Shown here: piece by piece, positions 50,099 through 60,000 of the stretch
Numbering within the stretch: the stretch's first letter is position 1
Layout: every line of letters begins with the position of its first letter
Assembly: GCA_001179505.1 (NCBI GenBank)
Contig: CDMY01000312.1
Coordinates: 62,001-126,000 of the forward strand
DNA: 64,000 nucleotides
Reading direction: 5' to 3'
Origin: Vitrella brassicaformis CCMP3155
Lineage: Eukaryota > Protista > Chromerida
Program-made: the position numbers and the translations under genes
Notes under the pieces: generated by a model
Told to the model about the DNA's origin: nothing
Database searches by the model: none
What the model saw: only the letters and a program-made list of their open reading frames with translations

Positions 50099-50779
50099 TA
50101 GATGGATGGATGGACGGACGGATGGACGGGAGGGCGGGAGGGAAGGACATTGTATGTCTGCAAGTTGATCGGTCGATAGATCAGACTCTTTCTGTGTAAG
50201 TTAAAAGGTTGGCTGCATTGCATTCACTCACTGGCAGGGCAGTCGCAATACGTATGGATGGATGCGCATACGTACGGGCATACACACAGTCTCTCGACAG
50301 AAGACAAGACGAACGCAACGCAACGAAACAGTCGACATTCCATCATCCCCTTTGTTTGCCCCACTTCTCCCTCTACCCTCTACGCTCACCGCCGTCTGTC
50401 CGTCCGTCCGTCCGCCTGTCTGTGTATCATCTGTGTCTCCGTCCTTGTCCGGTGGGCTCGAGAAACTTTCCCCATCTCTCTAGGGACGACTCTCTAGTCC
50501 ACACACACATGGGGCTGGGCTGCATGACCGTTAGCTAAACCGACAGGTAGGTGCAATGCTCGCCTTCTCCCATACAACGAAACGAAACGAAACGAAATGT
50601 GTCTGTATACCCACACACACGCGCGTAGACATCCACCAAGCACGACTAGTTATGGAAGCGCCATACACAAGCTACCGTCGATGGAGCCAGCAGACAGACA
50701 GGCAGGGAGGAAGATGTGATTTGTATCTTCCGTTGCTTGCCGCTGGTGGCTGGCTGGCAGGTAGGTAGCTCAGGTAGGG

Positions 50780-53329
50780 TCAGCACTGGAAGTAGAGTTC
50801 GTACTCCTTGGGGTGCGGGAGAGTCGCCACCGACAGATACTCGTTGCGCTTCCACTCTATGTACGCCTGCAGACAACCAACCAATCAGGAGAGAGACATA
50901 GGACATCGGACACACAGACAGAGACAGGGACAGAGGTGCGTAGGGGTTCAGCAGTTCACCTGGATGAAGTCCTCCGGGAACACGCCGCCAGCCGTCAGGA
51001 ACTGATGGTCAGCCTCCAACGCGTCCTGACAGCATACCACATGTACTTGAACCGGGCGCGGCGCTCTGCCTCGCTGTGTGTGTCTTGTCTGCCTCACCAG
51101 TGTTTCGGTGAGGCTGCCCGGTGTGCTCTTGAGTCCCATTTTGGCCTTCTCTTCCTCGGAGAGCTCGTAGATATCGAAGTCACAAGGAGGGGGCGGCTCG
51201 ATCTTGTTCTTGATGCCTGCATTGCAGACACACACCCAACCAACATACACACAGGGAGAGATTCTGCATCTTGACCGGCGTCCGGTCCGATGTGGGTACC
51301 CTACCGTCGATGCCGGCCAGCAGCATGGCCGCGAAGGCCAGGTATGGGCAGCAGGAGGGGTCGGGGCAGCGGAACTCCAAACGCTTCTGCTTCGGGTTGT
51401 CCGGCTTGTACATCGGGATGCGCACGGCGGCCGATCGGTTCCCCTGAGAGGCAAAGACAGACAGACAGACAGAGCATACAATCGGGCCACCAGAATGGAC
51501 CAATGATGTGCGTGTGGTGCCTCCTCCGCTCTGGTTTGTCGTCACCTTGGACATGGCGAGGTTGACGGGAGCCTCGAAGCCCGGCACGAGACGCTTGTAT
51601 GAGTTGACCGATGGGTTGGTGAAGGCCAGCACGGCGGGGGCATGCTTTAGCAGACCGCCGATGTAATGCAGGCACGTCTGGCTCAACTTGACATACCTAT
51701 GGAGAGAGAGAGGGAGAGGGAGAGGGAGAGGGACACACTCATGCATTGCAATGGCGATTACATCCTGCGTGTCCTGTGTGACCGTGTGGATGTCTCTGTC
51801 TCTCGTCGGCTCGGCTCGGCTTACTTTCCGTTCTCATCGAAGAAGAGCGGCTTGCCGTCCTTCCAGAGGGACTGGTGGACGTGCATGCCGGTGCCGTTGT
51901 CGCCGAAGATGGGCTTGGGCATGAAGGTGGCCGTCTGGCCGTGCTTCCTCGCCACGTTCTTGATGACGTACTTGTATATCATCATCATGTCCGCGCACTC
52001 AAGCATGGGACGGCACGTGAAGCCCAACTCGCCCTGGCACGTGCTGACATATCAGACACAGACAGACAGACAGACACATACACACGCACACGCACACGCA
52101 TACGCAGAAGGAAAGAGCCAGCCCTTTCCTGTCTCTCTCTGTGATGTGTTTGGGCTTTATTACGCGACTTCGTGGTGGTGTTTCTCGATGGGAACGCCGA
52201 GCTCCCCCATGGTGAGGAGCATCTCGCCTCGGACGTCCATGCCGGTGTCGATGGGCGGCACGGGGAAGTACCAGTTCTTGGGCGGCACACGGTGAGCCAG
52301 GTTGCCCCCTCCCTGCTTCTCAGAGGAGGGTTTGCCCGTGTTCCATGTGCCTTCAACGCCGTCGACTTCGAAGAACATTTTGTTGGGGCTGACGCCGTAT
52401 TTCACGTGATCGAACAGAAAGAACTCAGCCTCGGGGCCAACCATCATCTGACAAGATAAAGTCAGCCCCAAGAGAATCAACCATGTGAGCGCTAGCCCCC
52501 CCCCCCCTTTCCGTCTGTGTCGGTTCCTGTGTTCTCCCTCTTTACCGTGTCGGCAATGCCCGTTTGTTTGAGGTATTCGACGGCCTTGACGGCCATCGAG
52601 CGGGGGTCACGGGCAAATGGCTTGCGGGGTGATGGGTCGTAGATGCTGCACGTCACGTGGAGCGTCTTCTTCTCAGCGAACGGGTCTATCCAGCACGTCG
52701 CGGGGTCTGAGAGAACGGAAGGANNNNNNNNNNNNNNNNNNNNNNNNNNNNNNNNNNNNNNNNNNNNNNNNNNNNNNNNNNNNNNNNNNNNNNNNNNNNN
52801 NNNNNNNNNNNNNNNNNNNNNNNNNNNNNNNNNNNNNNNNNNNNNNNNNNNNNNNNNNNNNNNNNNNNNNNNNNNNNNNNNNNNNNNNNNNNNNNNNNNN
52901 NNNNNNNNNNNNNNNNNNNNNNNNNNNNNNNNNNNNNNNNNNNNNNNNNNNNNNNNNNNNNNNNNNNNNNNNNNNNNNNNNNNNNNNNNNNNNNNNNNNN
53001 NNNNNNNNNNNNNNNNNNNNNNNGGGGGGGGGGGGGGAGAGGGAGAAGCCGCACTTTTGCCCGTAGTTCCGTCCGTTTGTCCGTTTGGCTGACTCACCGG
53101 GCACCATGAGCATATCGCTCTCCATGATACTTCGGAAAAGGCGGATTGAGGAGCCGTCAAAGGGCAGCCCCTGCGCGAGGTCATCCTCCTCGCATTGGCT
53201 TGGCGCGAAGGTGCAGTGGTGCCAGAGCCCCAAAGGGTCGACAAAGCAGCAGTCGATGAGCTCCACCTTCTCCTTCTCGATGTACTGAGCCATGTCCTTG
53301 GCGGACTTGAACTTGCAAAGCTTCGACAT
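50780..53329 (-). CDS. glnA: Glutamine synthetase type I (bacterial-type), no evident targeting leader; intron gap at 52724-53023
   Basis: [114 protein letters not shown]. Confidence 0.96.
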
Positions 53330-53476
53330 CGTTGCAACAGCTGCCGGGCGGGGATGGGACTCTTGAATCACGTGGGGCCTGGAAGGAAAGGGCGAGGGAC
53401 CTTTGGGGAGAGAAGGTTGGGGGGGAAAAGAAAAAAGGGAGAGAGCGTTGAACGAAAGAGGTTGCAAGATTTAACA

Positions 53477-53507
53477 AAACCCTATACCCTAATCCCCGAA
53501 ACCCTAG
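53477..53507. repeat. Short degenerate telomere-like/telo-box tract (AAACCCTA x2, ACCCTAA)
   Basis: AAACCCTATACCCTAATCCCCGAAACCCTAG, about 150 bp upstream of the glnA ATG; repeated in the duplicate at +1626. Confidence 0.5.
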
Positions 53508-53650
53508 ACTAAGTAGGCGTCGGAATACTACATACTGGCTCTTAGTTGAAACCGTATGGTTGTTTTTATGTGATATGATATCCGTCTGAATCGAAATCGT
53601 ACATGAGAAGATTCTTTCTCCTTGCAGTCGCCAACACACGCAGCGGCCAC

Positions 53651-54353
53651 AATTCGCTTTCTTGGCAAACGGACTCTTTCTCAGCGTGAAACGGACTTCT
53701 GTGCTATGTGAACTCATCGGATGCCTCAGATGACTCAGCTGACCATCCTGTGAGTCACCAAAATATGGGCCTTTGCTGCCTTTCAAGCGCGAAGCCGCTG
53801 CTCTTCCGTTCATGTCATCGTGGCTCAAGCGGCGACTGCCAGGTCGCTTTTTCGTCGCAAAATCGAGAATGTTTCATCTCAGAAGATGACAATCAAAATG
53901 TCTGTCTTTCTCCGTGGAGTCACTTTTTTATTTTTCCGCTCTTTCACAGAGGGGTGCTTCATGTGTCTTGCGGTCATTTTGAGCCATGAAATGGTCGCTT
54001 TGGATGGCTGATGAGTGAGTGATTGGTTTATGCGGTTCATTTTGCTTGTGATCAGAGTGATCACAGTCACCAATGGGCTGATTGCTTGACAGGAATGATT
54101 GCTTTGTGGTGATTGCTTTGCCACATGAATGAGACACGCGATAAGCAACCGAGACACGATGAGAATGAGCGATGGTGGTGTGCTGTGCTGCTCTCTGATG
54201 CCGCTCTGTACTCCTCGATCACTCACTCATACATAAACATGCGTATACAGGTGACTGCTTCACTCACTAAGGCCTTAGTGAGTGAAGCAGTCACCTGTAT
54301 ACGCATGTTTATGTATGAGTGAGTGATCGAGGAGTACAGAGCGGCATCAGAGA
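53651..54353. repeat. Left arm and centre of a foldback element; perfect spacer-less palindrome 54192-54353 centred at 54272/54273
   Basis: Centre CACTCACTAAGG|CCTTAGTGAGTG; base-by-base symmetry continues to the N gap. The arm matches the reverse complement of 56382-56988. Confidence 0.9.
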
Positions 54354-54653
54354 NNNNNNNNNNNNNNNNNNNNNNNNNNNNNNNNNNNNNNNNNNNNNNN
54401 NNNNNNNNNNNNNNNNNNNNNNNNNNNNNNNNNNNNNNNNNNNNNNNNNNNNNNNNNNNNNNNNNNNNNNNNNNNNNNNNNNNNNNNNNNNNNNNNNNNN
54501 NNNNNNNNNNNNNNNNNNNNNNNNNNNNNNNNNNNNNNNNNNNNNNNNNNNNNNNNNNNNNNNNNNNNNNNNNNNNNNNNNNNNNNNNNNNNNNNNNNNN
54601 NNNNNNNNNNNNNNNNNNNNNNNNNNNNNNNNNNNNNNNNNNNNNNNNNNNNN

Positions 54654-55910
54654 GGGGGGGGGGAGAGGGAGAAGCCGCACTTTTGCCCGTAGTTCCGTCC
54701 GTTTGTCCGTTTGGCTGACTCACCGGGCACCATGAGCATATCGCTCTCCATGATACTTCGGAAAAGGCGGATTGAGGAGCCGTCAAAGGGCAGCCCCTGC
54801 GCGAGGTCATCCTCCTCGCATTGGCTTGGCGCGAAGGTGCAGTGGTGCCAGAGCCCCAAAGGGTCGACAAAGCAGCAGTCGATGAGCTCCACCTTCTCCT
54901 TCTCGATGTACTGAGCCATGTCCTTGGCGGACTTGAACTTGCAAAGCTTCGACATCGTTGCAACAGCTGCCGGGCGGGGATGGGACTCTTGAATCACGTG
55001 GGGCCTGGAAGGAAAGGGCGAGGGACCTTTGGGGAGAGAAGGTTGGGGGGGAAAAGAAAAAAGGGAGAGAGCGTTGAACGAAAGAGGTTGCAAGATTTAA
55101 CAAAACCCTATACCCTAATCCCCGAAACCCTAGACTAAGTAGGCGTCGGAATACTACATACTGGCTCTTAGTTGAAACCGTATGGTTGTTTTTATGTGAT
55201 ATGATATCCGTCTGAATCGAAATCGTACATGAGAAGATTCTTTCTCCTTGCAGTCGCCAACACACGCAGCGGCCACAATTCGCTTTCTTGGCAAACGGAC
55301 TCTTTCTCAGCGTGAAACGGACTTCTGTGCTATGTGAACTCATCGGATGCCTCAGATGACTCAGCTGACCATCCTGTGAGTCACCAAAATATGGGCCTTT
55401 GCTGCCTTTCAAGCGCGAAGCCGCTGCTCTTCCGTTCATGTCATCGTGGCTCAAGCGGCGACTGCCAGGTCGCTTTTTCGTCGCAAAATCGAGAATGTTT
55501 CATCTCAGAAGATGACAATCAAAATGTCTGTCTTTCTCCGTGGAGTCACTTTTTTATTTTTCCGCTCTTTCACAGAGGGGTGCTTCATGTGTCTTGCGGT
55601 CATTTTGAGCCATGAAATGGTCGCTTTGGATGGCTGATGAGTGAGTGATTGGTTTATGCGGTTCATTTTGCTTGTGATCAGAGTGATCACAGTCACCAAT
55701 GGGCTGATTGCTTGACAGGAATGATTGCTTTGTGGTGATTGCTTTGCCACATGAATGAGACACGCGATAAGCAACCGAGACACGATGAGAATGAGCGATG
55801 GTGGTGTGCTGTGCTGCTCTCTGATGCCGCTCTGTACTCCTCGATCACTCACTCATACATAAACATGCGTATACAGGTGACTGCTTCACTCACTAAGGCC
55901 TTAGTGAGTG
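54654..55910 (-). pseudogene. glnA: Apparently identical direct duplicate (offset 1626 bp) of glnA exon 1, its upstream region and the foldback left arm; possibly an assembly artefact
   Basis: ORF translations at 53181-54226 recur identically at 54807-55852. The copy is bounded by N gaps and lacks glnA exons 2 onward. Confidence 0.6.
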
Positions 55911-56458
55911 TGATGCCGCTCTGTACTCCTCGATCACTCACTCATACATAAACATGCGTATACAGGTGACTGCTTCACTCACTAAGGCCTTAGTGAGTGN
56001 NNNNNNNNNNNNNNNNNNNNNNNNNNNNNNNNNNNNNNNNNNNNNNNNNNNNNNNNNNNNNNNNNNNNNNNNNNNNNNNNNNNNNNNNNNNNNNNNNNNN
56101 NNNNNNNNNNNNNNNNNNNNNNNNNNNNNNNNNNNNNNNNNNNNNNNNNNNNNNNNNNNNNNNNNNNNNNNNNNNNNNNNNNNNNNNNNNNNNNNNNNNN
56201 NNNNNNNNNNNNNNNNNNNNNNNNNNNNNNNNNNNNNNNNNNNNNNNNNNNNNNNNNNNNNNNNNNNNNNNNNNNNNNNNNNNNNNNNNNNNNNNNNNNC
56301 TGTGAAGCAGTCACCTGTATACGCATGTTTATGTATGAGTGAGTGATCGAGGAGTACAGAGCGGCATCACACTCACTAAGGCCTTAGTGAGTGAAGCAGT
56401 CACCTGTATACGCATGTTTATGTATGAGTGAGTGATCGAGGAGTACAGAGCGGCATCA
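55822..56458. repeat. 89-bp units carrying the palindrome centre: two direct copies left of the gap, mirror-image copies right of it
   Basis: TGATGCCGCT...TAAGGCCTTAGTGAGTG at 55822-55910 and 55911-55999; reverse-complement unit at 56370-56458 and a partial one at 56300-56369. Confidence 0.85.
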
Positions 56459-56988
56459 GAGAGCAGCACAGCACACCACCATCGCTCATTCTCATCGTGT
56501 CTCGGTTGCTTATCGCGTGTCTCATTCATGTGGCAAAGCAATCACCACAAAGCAATCATTCCTGTCAAGCAATCAGCCCATTGGTGACTGTGATCACTCT
56601 GATCACAAGCAAAATGAACCGCATAAACCAAGCAACTCACAAACAGACTCAAATCAGCCATTCGGGCCGACCACTCATGGCTCGAAATGACCGCAAGACA
56701 CATGAAGCACCCCTCTGTGAAAGAGCGGACCGATGAAAGAGTGACTCCATGGAGAAATAAAGGCATTTTGATTGTCAGAAGATGAACCATTTTCGATGGC
56801 GATTTGCGACCGAATAGGCGAGTTTGCTTGCCGAGGTTGAGTCACGCTTTCACGCGAGGCAGCAAAGGCCCATTGGTGTCTCACAGGAGGGTCCGCTGAG
56901 TCATCTGAGGCATCTGATGACATTCATCCAGCCCACACCGAAGTCCGTTTCACGCTGAGAAAAAGTCCGTTTGCCAAGAAAGCGAATT
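56382..56988. repeat. Right arm of the foldback element (inner ~250 bp identical to left arm, outer part diverged)
   Basis: The reverse complement matches 53651-54272; substitutions and indels begin outward of ...CGCATAAACCAA (~56630). Homology stops at GCGAATT (56988). Confidence 0.85.
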
Positions 56989-57027
56989 CCACATTTGCAC
57001 TGCATTAGTGCACTTGTCCACATGTAC

Positions 57028-60000
57028 TCACGACTCAATCAAATGCACTGGCTGCAGCTGCCTCAGCACATCTTGCAAGTCAGAGGGCAGTGGGCAGCTG
57101 ACATCCACAGGCTGGCCCTGCACACGCGGACGGAGAGACAACACAATAGATACAGACAGAGAGAAGCACAGATTGCGATTGCGCCTGCCTGCCTACTTGT
57201 AGGTCGCAGAAGCGTAGGTTGTGACAGTGGAGGAACAACCGAGGGACCCATGTCTTGTCATCTGATCGATTCAATTGCACCACATAGTCATGTGTGATGT
57301 GGTCGCGCGCCTCACCTTCGATTTGTCTTGCGGTGGCGTATCTGTTCTCGCCAACTAAGGGATAACCTAACACACATACACCGACATCATCACAACACCA
57401 TCAGTTGATAGCTCACACATGCATCCCTGCCGCCCAGACATCACACATCCATCGATGTGGCGAACCTGTGTTGCTGAGATGGACGCGTATTTGGTGCGTG
57501 CGGCCAGTGATGAGCCGCACACGCACCAGGCTCATCATGGATGCACTGCCCTCTGAGCAAGCACCAGCTGAATCGCTCTCCGCTTCCGTAGGTGTGCGCT
57601 GCAGGTGGCCGAGGCACTCGTAATACGTCACTGCAACACGGCCATCCTCTGCAATACACACACAAACGCATCACGTTGCTTGCTGCCGCCTGTGTGGTGT
57701 GTTTACCTTCGACTGACGTGGTTGAATAGAGCTCGCCACTCTCTGTCTGCACCCGTGCAATGCAGCCAGATGCAAGCGCCGTTGCTGCCTGCTTCGGATG
57801 CGTCTTAGCTTGTGTAACCTTACTTACCTTCAGCTTATCTGCAGCCCAGTGCTGCCCCGCCGGCACTCGACCATGCACCAGACACAGATACTCCTTTGAC
57901 ACCTGCACAAACCAAACACGCAATCAGATACTCACCCACACATAAAACTCCCCTCTCGGCTCGTCTCGCTGGTACCATCTGTGCGTCGAAGAGCATACGC
58001 AGGAAGTGCCATGCGGCAGGGATCTTGGCCACGATGAGAGCGCCTGACGTGTCGGCATCCAGGCGATGGGCAATGCCGTAATCGACATCGCCATTGCAAA
58101 GGATCGGTGAGCCATTCTTCGCCCAACACCACGCACGAGCTGCACACACAAGAAACACAAGAAGGTTCGGTTTGCGTGCATCTCTATCGCAATGTGTCCA
58201 ATCAAGCAGACGGACCCAGCAGCAGGTGCAGTTTCTCTTGTTCGTCGCTCGCGACCATCCTCTTGGCCTTGTCGATAGCCACAGCTGGCTCCTCCGTCCA
58301 TAGGTCAGGTCTCCGCGAGTCCTCCCTTGGCTCGTCTGCCCTGCTGCCCTTCTCCCCTGCGGCCGGTGGCGGCAGCGATGGCAGCACCGTCCATTTCGGA
58401 GGCTTGTAGAGCACCCACCAGAGAGGCGACTCGTACAGCACTCGAGGGACGTCTTTCCCGGGCCCGTCACTCTGCAGGCAAGGACATGGACACATCAACG
58501 CTAAACCCCCCCATCTCGTGGCCATGCCTTATTACCTGATGCGCCCTCATTTCGACAACAGGGGGGCATCTCGCCAGATGATGCGCCATCATGTGGTCAG
58601 CCAGCAGAATCGACGAGGTTGGCGCATAGCGTTTCGTCTCGCCACCCATGAGCCTGACCACCTCATCCCGGCTGATGTTGCCCTCTCGCAGTGCCCGATC
58701 TGTCAGCGCCTCCCACATCTCCGTCGGCAGGCCACCTGCCGTCTTGCCGTACGCCCATGCAACTTTCGATGCCGTCTTGCGGTCAGTGTGAACCAGCACC
58801 TTCTTGTCCGCGACGATTGACCGAATCCGATCGAACACAGGGGCATCGAGGCACCCAGCCGTCACCAAACTCCACACCACGTCGGCAAGGTTCCGCAAAG
58901 TGAAGCATGCGGGGTCGCCCAGTGGGTCAGACGAGTCCATCGCGAGCACGTCAATATCCCTCTCGCCAAGCCTGTGGTCAATCTCGCTGGCGATTTTGTC
59001 ATAAAACTGCGGATCGGTGTGGCCTGTGGATGCGGCGGCCCACAGGAGGGTGGTGAGGGCCAGGGGTGTGAAGGACGGCAGGTGGGAGAGCGACCACTCT
59101 GTCAGCTGTGTGAAGAAGGAGGGATGGCGCAGACCAAGAGTGCCGTATGCCCATGCTGCATTGGTGAAACACATACAATCGTGTGGTATATTCACATGCG
59201 CATGTGCGTGGTGTGGCTCACCGATGGTTGCCAGGTCTCGTGGTGCAAATGTGTCCCAGTCTCTCTCCTCCATGACGTGAGTCGTGATCATCCCCAGCAG
59301 CTCCTCATCACACACACCCGACCGGCCGAATCCCCAACACGTCAAAGCCAATTGCTGGACCACACACACACACACACACACACACGTCCATCCGCACCTT
59401 TGGCCATACAAGAGGCCTTATCATTCATATCACTGACCACGGGAGTGCACTTGGCGAGGTTTTTGGGCTTCCTCCAGAAGAACTGCGACACGAAGAAGAA
59501 CGCCTCCTTGTTGACACACCCGGCCCTCGCATACGCCCACGCAAGGGTCGCTGCGTCGAATGGGGTCGTCTGCACGAGGTAGTCGGGGCCCTTCTCGTGC
59601 AGCAGGCGGGCCACTGCATCGAACAGGGGTGTGGGGGGCGACGGGAGAGGCGCATATGCCGACAGCGATCGGACCATGTCGGTCATGGACATGGTGGGCA
59701 GCCGAGCATGGAGGATGCTGGGACAAGCCGACAGATAGACAGACAGACAGGTAGGTGAGCATGGACTCATGATGTGTGTATGTGTGTGAGCGTACTCTGC
59801 GATTTCATTGAACAACGGTCGTTCCACAGCCTGTGGGCCGTACTTGGACCAGCCCGTGAGAAGGGTCACCACAGACTGACAGTGACAGCACAGAGAGCAT
59901 GCAAACGACGTACATACATGGATGGATCCGTGCTGTCGTCACCTTTGTGTTGTAAGCCGCCACTCTGCATTTGGTCTCCTTTGTGGGGTTGTCGGCCAGC

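Noticed and set aside
54261-54284. Palindrome centre as a library adapter or linker
   Set aside because: It does not match the Nextera mate-pair or 454 paired-end linkers as I recall them, and it is continuous with hundreds of bp of genomic arm whose outer parts are naturally diverged. A vector screen would settle it.
53651-56988. Autonomous transposon (transposase, Helitron or retroelement) in the foldback region
   Set aside because: ORFs in the arms are short, non-coding-like and not conserved between the diverged arms; there are no DDE, HUH or RT motifs anywhere in the window.
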